Shown: positions 24,899 through 32,383 of the stretch, one piece after another
Position numbering within the stretch: the stretch's first letter is position 1
Layout: every line of letters starts with the position of its first letter
Source of the DNA: Chloracidobacterium sp.
GTDB taxonomy: Bacteria; Acidobacteriota; Blastocatellia; Pyrinomonadales; Pyrinomonadaceae
Length of the DNA: 32,383 bases
Direction of reading: 5' to 3'
Assembly: GCA_043757775.1 (NCBI GenBank)
Contig: JAYVOS010000074.1
Coordinates: 1 to 32,383, forward strand
Notes under the pieces: generated by a model
The model's database searches: none
Told to the model about the DNA's origin: nothing
What the model saw: the letters and a program-made list of their open reading frames with translations, nothing else
Made by a program: the position numbers and the translations under genes

Positions 24899-26410
24899 TT
24901 AATTGCTGCCGGTCGCGGCTGCCATTACTTTTTCAGGTGTCGCCTCGCTACGTGTAAATTCACCTGTCAGGCGGCCTTCGTGGAGGACGATCACGCGGTC
25001 GGACAGTCCTAAAACCTCAGGCAGCTCCGATGAAACAAGCACTATTGCTAATCCATCTTTCGCAAGTTTATTGATCTCAGCATAAATTTCCTGCTTTGCC
25101 CCGACATCGATGCCGCGTGTTGGCTCATCGAGAAAGAGAACTTTTGGGTTAGTGAGCAGCCATTTCCCCAAAACGACCTTTTGCTGGTTGCCGCCCGAAA
25201 GAGTGTTTGTGACCACCAAAGGCGAATTTGCCTTAATCCGTAGTGATCGCATAGGCTCTTTTGCGGCCATCGACTCGCGCGTTCTATTCGTTACAAATTT
25301 CCCGGAAATCGTTTTTAACCCCGCGAGTGTCATATTGTCGAGGATCGTTTGCTCAAGTATCAGCCCGAAACGCTTGCGATCCTCCGTAACAAAACCGACA
25401 CCATTAGCGATAGCGTCCGATGGCTCTTTGATACTGACCGCCTTACTGTCGATCTCTATCTCGCGCGAATACTTCCCTTGCCAGGCTCCAAAGATCGTCA
25501 TCAACAGTTCGGTCCGGCCCGCTCCCATAAGGCCTGCGATTCCCAACACCTCGCCTTTTTTGACCTCGAACGAAACATTGTCAACCAGCTTTTTATCGGC
25601 AATATCAGGCGAATACGCTGTAAGATGTTTGACCTTTAGCGCTGTCGCTCCGTGCTCGTGTTCGGCTACCGGATAAATATCACCGACCTCGCGCCCGACC
25701 ATCGCGGCGATAACGCCGTTCTTGTTCGTCTCATTAGCGGCGTGTGTCGCGACAGTTTTACCATCGCGCAGCACGGTGATGTGGTCGCTCATTTGGAAAA
25801 CCTCGTCCAGCTTGTGCGAGATGTAGATCATCCCGACATCCCGCTCTCGCAGTTTTTCGAGAATGCCAAATAGTATTGCAACTTCGGATTCGGTCAATGC
25901 AGCGGTCGGCTCATCGAGCACGAGAATTTTTGCGTCCTGGGACAGAGCTTTTGCGATCTCGACAAGCTGCTGCTGGCCTATGCCAAGCGAGCCGACCTTA
26001 ACACGCGGATCTATCGGTAAATGTAGGTCGTGCAATAGTTCAGACGCCTTGTGATAAAGCTCGGACCAGTTGATGATGCCAAATCGTGACGGTTCCTTGC
26101 CAAGAAAAATGTTCTCTCCGACGGTCAATTCTTTGACCAGCGACAGCTCTTGAAAAATGATCGCAATACCCGCGTTTTCCGAATCGCGTATGTTGCGAAA
26201 GTGTCGTGCCCGATCGTCAACGAGTATTTCGCCTTCGAAAGTTCCCTCAGGATAAACGCCTGAAAGCACTTTCATCAACGTCGATTTTCCGGCTCCATTT
26301 TCACCTACGAGCGAGTGAAATTTGCCCGCATCGAGCGTAAAACTCACGCCGTCTAATGCCCGGACGCCGGGAAACTCTTTGACGATATTTCGCATTTCGA
26401 GAAGTGGCAT
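24899..26410 (-). CDS. xylG: Sugar ABC transporter ATP-binding protein with duplicated ABC domains, XylG-like
   Basis: MPLLEMRNIVKEFPGV matches the XylG start MPYLLEMKNITKTFG. Walker A GENGAGKST, signature LGIGQQQLVEIAKAL and LSGGNQQK, and Walker B ILVLDEPT and LFLDEPT are present. The ORF extends to 26479 and the alternative ATG 26422 is possible. Confidence 0.88.
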   Translation of the reverse strand: MPLLEMRNIVKEFPGVRALDGVSFTLDAGKFHSLVGENGAGKSTLMKVLSGVYPEGTFEGEILVDDRARHFRNIRDSENAGIAIIFQELSLVKELTVGENIFLGKEPSRFGIINWSELYHKASELLHDLHLPIDPRVKVGSLGIGQQQLVEIAKALSQDAKILVLDEPTAALTESEVAILFGILEKLRERDVGMIYISHKLDEVFQMSDHITVLRDGKTVATHAANETNKNGVIAAMVGREVGDIYPVAEHEHGATALKVKHLTAYSPDIADKKLVDNVSFEVKKGEVLGIAGLMGAGRTELLMTIFGAWQGKYSREIEIDSKAVSIKEPSDAIANGVGFVTEDRKRFGLILEQTILDNMTLAGLKTISGKFVTNRTRESMAAKEPMRSLRIKANSPLVVTNTLSGGNQQKVVLGKWLLTNPKVLFLDEPTRGIDVGAKQEIYAEINKLAKDGLAIVLVSSELPEVLGLSDRVIVLHEGRLTGEFTRSEATPEKVMAAATGSN

Positions 26411-26462
26411 AGAATTGCCCATGTAGGATATTCGGAAGTTGATGATAACACAATCGCAGACT

Positions 26463-26491
26463 TTGACTCGCCTTAACAACCAGCTTAAAAT
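26463..26491 (+). promoter_or_regulatory. Sigma-70-like promoter positioned for a leaderless transcript of ORF 26499
   Basis: TTGACT (26463-26468), a 17-nt spacer, then TAAAAT (26486-26491). Only 7 nt separate the -10 box from ATG 26499. Confidence 0.35.
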
Positions 26492-26498
26492 CTGACGT

Positions 26499-26795
26499 AT
26501 GACTCAGGCTGAACACGAATTAAGGTTGCGCAAGATCGAGGCCGAAACCGAAGAAATAAAGCGCCAGATAATGCAGTTTGAATTCCAACATAAGAAAGAT
26601 AATGCCGATGCCGACCGCCGTTTTGAGGCATGGAACAAGGCAATGACAGCAAAGCAGGATCACACTCAGAGACAGATTGACCATTTAGTCAGTTTGATTG
26701 GGCTCACTTACGACGAATTAGATGAGATCGACGCGACCTTGACACAAACCGGCATTGTTCTCACCCGTCCTCGTAAAAGAGCGAGGGTCAAATAG
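26499..26795 (+). CDS. Hypothetical coiled-coil protein with a basic C-terminus
   Basis: 98 aa, charged and helical ([22 protein letters not shown]...), ending RPRKRARVK. It lies 20 nt upstream of acs on the same strand. No family recognised. Confidence 0.45.
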   Translation: MTQAEHELRLRKIEAETEEIKRQIMQFEFQHKKDNADADRRFEAWNKAMTAKQDHTQRQIDHLVSLIGLTYDELDEIDATLTQTGIVLTRPRKRARVK

Positions 26796-26815
26796 CCTCT
26801 CGTTACGACCCGCAA

Positions 26816-28768
26816 ATGTCCAAACAACTAGCTATTGAGTCAATTCTTCACGAAAACCGCGTCTTTCGGCCGCCGGCAGAATTTTCGGCAAATGCTCACA
26901 TAAAAAGCTTTAAGGAATATGAGGATTTGTATGCTGAAGCCGCGACAGATCCTGCCGCATTTTGGGCGAAACAGGCCGAAGAGCTTCATTGGTTCAAAAA
27001 ATGGGACACAGTGCTGGAATGGAATGAGCCGCACGCTAAATGGTTTGTCGGAGGCAAGATCAATATCGCGTATAACTGTCTCGACCGACACCTGACGACA
27101 TCGCGAAAGAACAAAGCGGCCATCATCTGGGAAGGCGAGACCGGCGAGATCAAAACGATCACATACCTCCAACTTCACCAGGAAGTATTGCGATTCGCTA
27201 ACGTGCTGAAAAGCCTAGGCGTTTTGACCGGTGACCGCGTCGCTCTCTATATGCCGCTGATCCCGGCGCTTGCGGTTGCGATGCTTGCGTGTGCCCGGAT
27301 CGGTGCGACACATACCGTAATCTTTGGCGGATTTTCAGCCGACGCTATCCGCGACCGCGTCAACGACTGCGGATGTAAGGTGATCGTCACCGCTGACGGC
27401 GGCTATCGACGCGGGGCCGAGATCAAGCTTAAGGAAATCGTTGATGAGGCCGTCGACCAATGCCCGACCGTCAAAGACGTTGTCGTCTTTCAACGAACAA
27501 ACTCTAAAGTTACAATGCGTCCGGGCCGCGACCATTGGTGGCATGAGCTTACTAAAACGGTCAGCACCATTTGCCCTGCCGAGGAGCTCGATGCAGAGCA
27601 TCCGCTCTATATCCTCTACACGTCGGGCACGACCGGCAAGCCGAAGGGAATTCTACACACGACGGGCGGATACCTTACGCAGACGGCATATACGGCAAAG
27701 CTGGTCTTTGACCTCAAGGACGACGATATTTACTGGTGCACAGCCGACATCGGCTGGGTGACCGGCCACAGTTACGTCGTTTACGGGCCGCTTGCTAACG
27801 GCTCGACTGTGTTTATGTACGAAGGTGCTCCGAATTACCCTGACTTTGACCGTTTTTGGGACATCATCGAGCGGCATAAGATCACGATCTTTTACACGGC
27901 TCCGACGGCGATCAGGGCATTTATTAAATGGGGTGAGCAATACCCGCTAAAGCACGATCTATCGTCCTTGAGGCTGCTCGGTTCTGTCGGAGAGCCGATA
28001 AATCCTGAGGCATGGGTGTGGTATCACGAGATCATCGGCAAAGGAAAATGTCCGATCGTCGATACGTGGTGGCAGACCGAGACAGGGTCGATAATGATCT
28101 CGCCGCTGCCCGGTGCGACACCGACCGTACCCGGAACGGCAACGCGACCCATACCAGGAATAATGCTCGATATCGTCACAAAAGCCGGTAAGTCCGTCGG
28201 CCCAGGCGAGGGCGGATATCTCGTTGCAACATATCCCTGGCCGTCTATGCTCCGCACATTGTGGCGTGACGACGAGCGATATAAGCAGGCGTACTGGTCC
28301 GAGATACCGGGCTATTATTTCGCGGGCGACGGAGCCAGACGTGACGAACGCGGCTATTATTGGATAATGGGCCGCGTCGATGACGTGATAAATGTCAGCG
28401 GCCATAGGCTCGGCACCGCCGAGATCGAATCGGCTCTCGTCTCGCACGAGGCCGTCGCCGAAGCTGCAGTCGTCGGACGCCCGGATGATATCAAGGGACA
28501 GGCAATATCAGCTTTTGTCACACTCGAAGGCGGCCGTAAAGGGAATGATGAGTTGAAAGACGCCCTGCGGGTGCACGTTGCTAAAGAGATCGGCTCGCTC
28601 GCAAAGCCTGACGATATTCGCTTTACTGATATGTTGCCAAAAACCCGCTCCGGCAAGATCATGCGGCGTCTGTTGAGGGAACTGGCAACGAGCGGCAGTG
28701 TCGCCGGAGATGTAACAACGCTTGAGGATTTTTCGGTGCTTGAAAAACTTCGCGAGGATGAGGAATAG
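26816..28768 (+). CDS. acs: Acetyl-coenzyme A synthetase (AMP-forming)
   Basis: 650 aa. [16 protein letters not shown], the AMP-binding motif [18 protein letters not shown], and a C-terminal [15 protein letters not shown]. Confidence 0.97.
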   Translation: MSKQLAIESILHENRVFRPPAEFSANAHIKSFKEYEDLYAEAATDPAAFWAKQAEELHWFKKWDTVLEWNEPHAKWFVGGKINIAYNCLDRHLTTSRKNKAAIIWEGETGEIKTITYLQLHQEVLRFANVLKSLGVLTGDRVALYMPLIPALAVAMLACARIGATHTVIFGGFSADAIRDRVNDCGCKVIVTADGGYRRGAEIKLKEIVDEAVDQCPTVKDVVVFQRTNSKVTMRPGRDHWWHELTKTVSTICPAEELDAEHPLYILYTSGTTGKPKGILHTTGGYLTQTAYTAKLVFDLKDDDIYWCTADIGWVTGHSYVVYGPLANGSTVFMYEGAPNYPDFDRFWDIIERHKITIFYTAPTAIRAFIKWGEQYPLKHDLSSLRLLGSVGEPINPEAWVWYHEIIGKGKCPIVDTWWQTETGSIMISPLPGATPTVPGTATRPIPGIMLDIVTKAGKSVGPGEGGYLVATYPWPSMLRTLWRDDERYKQAYWSEIPGYYFAGDGARRDERGYYWIMGRVDDVINVSGHRLGTAEIESALVSHEAVAEAAVVGRPDDIKGQAISAFVTLEGGRKGNDELKDALRVHVAKEIGSLAKPDDIRFTDMLPKTRSGKIMRRLLRELATSGSVAGDVTTLEDFSVLEKLREDEE

Positions 28769-28784
28769 AACGCCGACGGATTGA

Positions 28785-29228
28785 TTAGTCCGGGATGGAT
28801 TCGGACACATCGGCCCGCGACCAATCTAACTTGTCCGATACAACCACCGTGCCTGCGAGCATATCGCCGATCCGCTGCTTTCGCTCACTGGAAATAAGAA
28901 CCAGTCCGGCGGGAATACCGCCGAACAACGCAGGATTGACCTCAATGATTCGCAAAAGAGTCCTGATAAGAGCGGAGACCCAGCCGGCTTTTACGCCATC
29001 AAGCTTGAGGACGACCAGCCCCTGGAAATACTTACCTAACGTCCGTCCCCAAAGGCCTTCAAGAATGAGAAAGTAGCTTAGGTAGCCGACAACGACAAAT
29101 ATTCCCCTGAGTACTGTCCAAGTTTCAGGAACCAAACTCACCACCACCAACATCACTCCCAATGCGATGACGTTATCAACAATCGCTGCGATAAAGCGCG
29201 CTTTGGATGCGTCTCCTACTATATTCAT
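28785..29228 (-). CDS. RDD-family membrane protein
   Basis: ARFIAAIVDNVIALGV..., LWGRTLGKYFQGLVVLKLDG and RIGDMLAGTVVV fit the RDD domain. The start is taken at ATG 29228 (MNIVGDAS), not the ORF top at 29288. Confidence 0.8.
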   Translation of the reverse strand: MNIVGDASKARFIAAIVDNVIALGVMLVVVSLVPETWTVLRGIFVVVGYLSYFLILEGLWGRTLGKYFQGLVVLKLDGVKAGWVSALIRTLLRIIEVNPALFGGIPAGLVLISSERKQRIGDMLAGTVVVSDKLDWSRADVSESIPD

Positions 29229-29307
29229 AAAGTAATAATACGGCGTGATAAGTTTGTCTAGCAAGGGTGGTAAGCACATTGCCCGCAATTACGCTAAAAT
29301 AGCTACA

Positions 29308-30390
29308 GTGACGGAAAAGATACATATCACAGGACTGAAACGAAGCGAGCTCGAAGAGCTCGCCGCAGAATCAGGTGAGCCTAAATATCGTGCAACACAG
29401 GTTTTTAAGGCCGTTCACGAACGGCGGCTGACGGCGTTTAATGAGATAAGCGATCTGCCGAAAAAGTTTCGCGCTCGGCTCGTCGAGACTGCTGATATCT
29501 CGCGGCTCAAGGTCGATGCACGTTATGTATCTACCGACGGCACGCGGCGTTACCTGATGACTACGCCTGACGGCTACCCGGTCGAGACGGTCTATATCCC
29601 GTCAGAGGGTCGCGACACGATCTGTTTTTCGTCGCAATCGGGCTGCCCGCTAAAATGTGATTTCTGCCTGACGGCGAAGCTCGGCCTGCTCCGCAATCTG
29701 ACCTCAGGCGAGATCGTCGAGCAGGTAATTACTGTACTCAATGACGTTTACGGCGTCGGGGTTGAGACACCGCACGGGACAAATCTTGTTGGAATGGGAG
29801 CCGGCGAACCTTTCCTAAATTTTGACAATCTGATCGATGCCCTCGAAATAATGGCTGACGCAGATGGCCTTTTCATCGTGCCAAACCGCGTGACGATCTC
29901 GACCGCCGGCATCGTGCCTCGTATCTATGATTTTGCCAAACTCGAAAATCGCCCGCATCTGGCGATCTCACTTTCGTCGGCAAATAACGAGCTTCGAGAT
30001 AGACTGATGCCGATAAACAAACGCTGGGACCTGTCGGAGATTATGACCGCGGCAAAAGAATTTGAAACTAGCCTAAGACGCGGCGAGCGTTTTACTTTCG
30101 AATATGTGATGCTTGGTGGCGTAAATGATGCGGACGCGGATGCAAATATCCTGGCAGATCTGGTCGAGCAGTATCAGCTCAAGCGGGTCAAGATCAACAT
30201 GATCCCGCACAACGGTGCGGAGCAGCTCGATTACACCGCATCGACGCCGGAGCGTGTCGACCGGTTCAAATGGATACTCGAGTCTCGCGGCGTTTCGGCA
30301 TACGTCCGGCAGCCTCGTGGACGTGATATTTATGCCGCGTGCGGACAGCTCGCCGCAATGGAGGAGCAAAAGGAAAAAATTCTGTCGTAA
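29308..30390 (+). CDS. rlmN: 23S rRNA/tRNA (adenine-C2)-methyltransferase, radical SAM
   Basis: EPKYRATQVFKAVHERR, radical-SAM CPLKCDFC, GMGAGEPFLNFD, and the catalytic Cys context IYAACGQL. The start is uncertain: GTG 29308 is preferred and GTG 29245 is possible. Confidence 0.9.
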   Translation: MTEKIHITGLKRSELEELAAESGEPKYRATQVFKAVHERRLTAFNEISDLPKKFRARLVETADISRLKVDARYVSTDGTRRYLMTTPDGYPVETVYIPSEGRDTICFSSQSGCPLKCDFCLTAKLGLLRNLTSGEIVEQVITVLNDVYGVGVETPHGTNLVGMGAGEPFLNFDNLIDALEIMADADGLFIVPNRVTISTAGIVPRIYDFAKLENRPHLAISLSSANNELRDRLMPINKRWDLSEIMTAAKEFETSLRRGERFTFEYVMLGGVNDADADANILADLVEQYQLKRVKINMIPHNGAEQLDYTASTPERVDRFKWILESRGVSAYVRQPRGRDIYAACGQLAAMEEQKEKILS

Positions 30391-30393
30391 GTT

Positions 30394-30915
30394 ATGTTAG
30401 CTATTCTTATTCCCGGACTAATTCTTGTGGCATTGATGGTGTGGGCATCGACGCGGATAAAGAAAATGGCCGCTGCGGCGTTTGAGGCCGAAACCATCGA
30501 ATCGGATGATTTCATAATCCTAAAACCTGAGGGCTTTTTAAATAATCTCAACGGTGACCAGAAACATACTTTTGAGGTATATTCGAAAGAGTTTGGCGGC
30601 GACGGTGCCGAAGATATCAAACAGGGACGAGCAGACCTGACTGTCCTAGATGAGAAAACATTTGAGGAAGTCATTTCGGAAATAAAGCAGTCAGGCGACT
30701 CGATATATGAAGATATTACTGAAGTTATAGGCTCAACACATTTTCGCGTGATTGAGACTTCGCGTGTCGAAAAAGGTGTCGATCTTTTGGTTATCTACAA
30801 GATAGCGGAAAAGAACGGTAAAGTATTTGTGCTAGAGGCCGTCAAAATGGCCATCACATCGGATGAGTTTTCGCGTAAATTTGAGACGTTTGTCGCAGGT
30901 TTTGAACTAAAATAG
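30394..30915 (+). CDS. Hypothetical protein with an N-terminal membrane anchor
   Basis: 173 aa. MLAILIPGLILVALMVWAS is the anchor and the soluble remainder is acidic. It starts 3 nt after the rlmN stop. Confidence 0.5.
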   Translation: MLAILIPGLILVALMVWASTRIKKMAAAAFEAETIESDDFIILKPEGFLNNLNGDQKHTFEVYSKEFGGDGAEDIKQGRADLTVLDEKTFEEVISEIKQSGDSIYEDITEVIGSTHFRVIETSRVEKGVDLLVIYKIAEKNGKVFVLEAVKMAITSDEFSRKFETFVAGFELK

Positions 30916-30962
30916 AATAAATAAATTCCGCAAAGGAATTATTTCGTTAAGGACAATTTCTT

Positions 30963-31436
30963 ATGATAAAACAATTGATCAGAGTTGGATTTTTGGCAAC
31001 GATAGTGATCGCGGTAGGTTTTTTCACCAGCATCAACGCTCAGAGCGTCAGCGGCTCGATTGCGAGCGGCGCGGTCACCCGCGGTATAGCCGCCAAGGGA
31101 AAGGTCGTTTTGAGCATTCCCGGCGGACTGCATGTTAATTCAAACCGGCCAAACGGCGAATATGCCATTGCTACTACGGTAAAGGTATCTTCAAATGGCG
31201 TAAAACTCAGCTCCGTTACCTATCCGCGTGGCACCAACCGCAAATTTGAGTTTTCCGAAAAGCCGCTAAATGTCTATGAGGGCCGTGTCACATTTGGGTT
31301 TAATGTGACTGCTCCGGCAACATTCCGCGGCCGTACAGTCACCGTCAACGTGACCGTCCGCTATCAGGCATGCACCAACGAGGTCTGCTACGCACCAAAA
31401 AGCAAGCAGATCACTCTCAAAGCACAAGTCAATTAG
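30963..31436 (+). CDS. Exported DsbD N-terminal (DsbD-alpha/DsbC-like) domain protein
   Basis: Signal peptide, then LSIPGGLHVNSNRP...VYEGRVTFGFNV...VRYQACTNEVCYAPK. This matches the thiol:disulfide interchange DsbD N-domain pattern ending in the Q-x-C-x-x-x-x-C-Y-x-P motif. Confidence 0.65.
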   Translation: MIKQLIRVGFLATIVIAVGFFTSINAQSVSGSIASGAVTRGIAAKGKVVLSIPGGLHVNSNRPNGEYAIATTVKVSSNGVKLSSVTYPRGTNRKFEFSEKPLNVYEGRVTFGFNVTAPATFRGRTVTVNVTVRYQACTNEVCYAPKSKQITLKAQVN

Positions 31437-32260
31437 CTGCGGCGACCGATGACAGACATCAGCCGTCCGGTCTTGCCGTTTTTTATTTTTTCGAGTCGGT
31501 AGGAAAAGAAAAGGTCGGGCCGCTCCATCGTGCAGAAAGGAGCAGTCCAAATATTTTCGTTAGACAAGCCGCTCGAGATCAATTGATCCCGGTTGGCGAG
31601 GTGTAGATCGACCCGAGCATGTCCCTCGCGTGTCGCTGTAAGGTATTTTTCACTGCCCTCAAAGTTTTCAGCAAATGCGGTAATTACATCTTCGCCAATC
31701 TCGTAATTGCCGCAGCTCGCGGCCGGACCGATCGCAGCTATAATATCTTTCGGGTCGCTGCCGTAATCAGCCGCCAGCTTTGCAACCGCTTTTTTTACAA
31801 TAGATCGAACAGTTCCGCGCCAGCCCGCATGTATCGCGGCAAACGCTCCGGTAACCGGATCGCCTATCAAAACAGGCACGCAATCTGCAGTTTTCGCTGC
31901 CGCTAAAAAGCCTGTGATGTTTGAAATGACGGCATCAGCGTGGTCCTCGGAATCGCCGATATCGTCTATCGTGTTGATCGTTTTTATGGTATCACCATGA
32001 ACCTGCCACACCGCCGCGATCTGCATATCACCGCCGATAACATTCAAAAAACGGCGGCGGTTTTCATAAATATTCTCAGCCAAGTCTTCGTTAAACCCTG
32101 CGAGATTTAGATCTCCGGAGGGAAAATCAGACACACCGCCGAGCCGCGTCGAAAAGCCGTTAACAAAACCGGCATCTTCCAAAGCACGACTCACCAGTAC
32201 CTTAACGCCATCGCGTTCTCGCCAAAAAAACCCCGAATCTGCTAAAGTTTCATCAGTCAT
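31433..32260 (-). CDS. pgeF: Peptidoglycan editing factor / purine nucleoside phosphorylase, YfiH (laccase-domain) family
   Basis: GFSTRLGGVS, TADCVPVL, HAGWRGT and CTMERPDLFFSYR are the family hallmarks. Confidence 0.9.
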   Translation of the reverse strand: MTDETLADSGFFWRERDGVKVLVSRALEDAGFVNGFSTRLGGVSDFPSGDLNLAGFNEDLAENIYENRRRFLNVIGGDMQIAAVWQVHGDTIKTINTIDDIGDSEDHADAVISNITGFLAAAKTADCVPVLIGDPVTGAFAAIHAGWRGTVRSIVKKAVAKLAADYGSDPKDIIAAIGPAASCGNYEIGEDVITAFAENFEGSEKYLTATREGHARVDLHLANRDQLISSGLSNENIWTAPFCTMERPDLFFSYRLEKIKNGKTGRLMSVIGRRS

Positions 32261-32262
32261 TT

Positions 32263-32383
32263 ATGATCTTATCTATCGGCATCGACATTACGGAAGTTTA
32301 TCGCATACGCCAGACTATCGCCAGAACACCGCGTTTTGCGGAGCGTGTCTTCACCGCAAATGAACGGGCATTTTGCGAAGGCA
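32263..32383 (+). CDS. acpS: Holo-[acyl-carrier-protein] synthase, 3'-truncated by the window edge
   Basis: MILSIGIDITEVYRIRQTIARTPRFAERVFTANERAFCEG matches the AcpS N-terminus (IGIDIxEIxRI...RxFTxxE). Confidence 0.8.
   Translation, partial: MILSIGIDITEVYRIRQTIARTPRFAERVFTANERAFCEG

Noticed and set aside
30924-30948. A small hairpin, AATTCC-GCAAA-GGAATT followed by ATTTCGTT, lies after ORF 30394..30915.
   Set aside because: It has a 6-bp AT-rich stem and a poor U-tract, so it is too weak to call a terminator.

Overview
This is a 32.4-kb chromosomal segment. The protein repertoire suggests an Acidobacteriota-like bacterium (inference): a CarboxypepD_reg-fused TonB-dependent receptor ending in ...KFSF, an exported TPR-CHAT protein, a PD40/TolB-like propeller and many exported hypothetical proteins. 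Most of the window is tightly packed housekeeping: APC amino-acid permease, half-size UPF0016 cation transporter, msrA, dapF, queG, moaA, xylGH-type sugar ABC importer, acs, rlmN, pgeF and acpS (3' partial). Several convergent gene pairs share or abut stop codons. I recognised no rRNA, tRNA, CRISPR array, transposase or integrase. Two accessory patches stand out. (1) At 21.2-23.7 kb there is an AT-richer ~2.1-kb four-gene cassette: an XRE repressor, a divergent SET+post-SET methyltransferase, a small 4-TM protein and a small pyruvoyl-type S-adenosylmethionine decarboxylase. It sits exactly between a start-less RelE/ParE-like toxin C-terminal stub and an orphan Phd/YefM antitoxin. This is my best candidate for an undescribed, SAM-centred module, possibly acquired as a moron or defence-type cassette. 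(2) At 0.1-2.1 kb there is a decayed DUF4062 gene, plus a ~450-bp non-coding region between convergent genes. That region holds purine-rich SD-like tandem repeats and a 132-nt triple-hairpin palindrome flanked by 23-nt direct repeats (MITE-like or ncRNA-like). Other points: a ~30-bp imperfect inverted repeat abuts the UPF0016 start codon, the CHAT gene shows a sharp compositional break, there is a consensus-like promoter that would give a leaderless mRNA, and the pgeF and acpS start codons lie back to back. All functional calls rest on motif recognition by eye; no searches were run.
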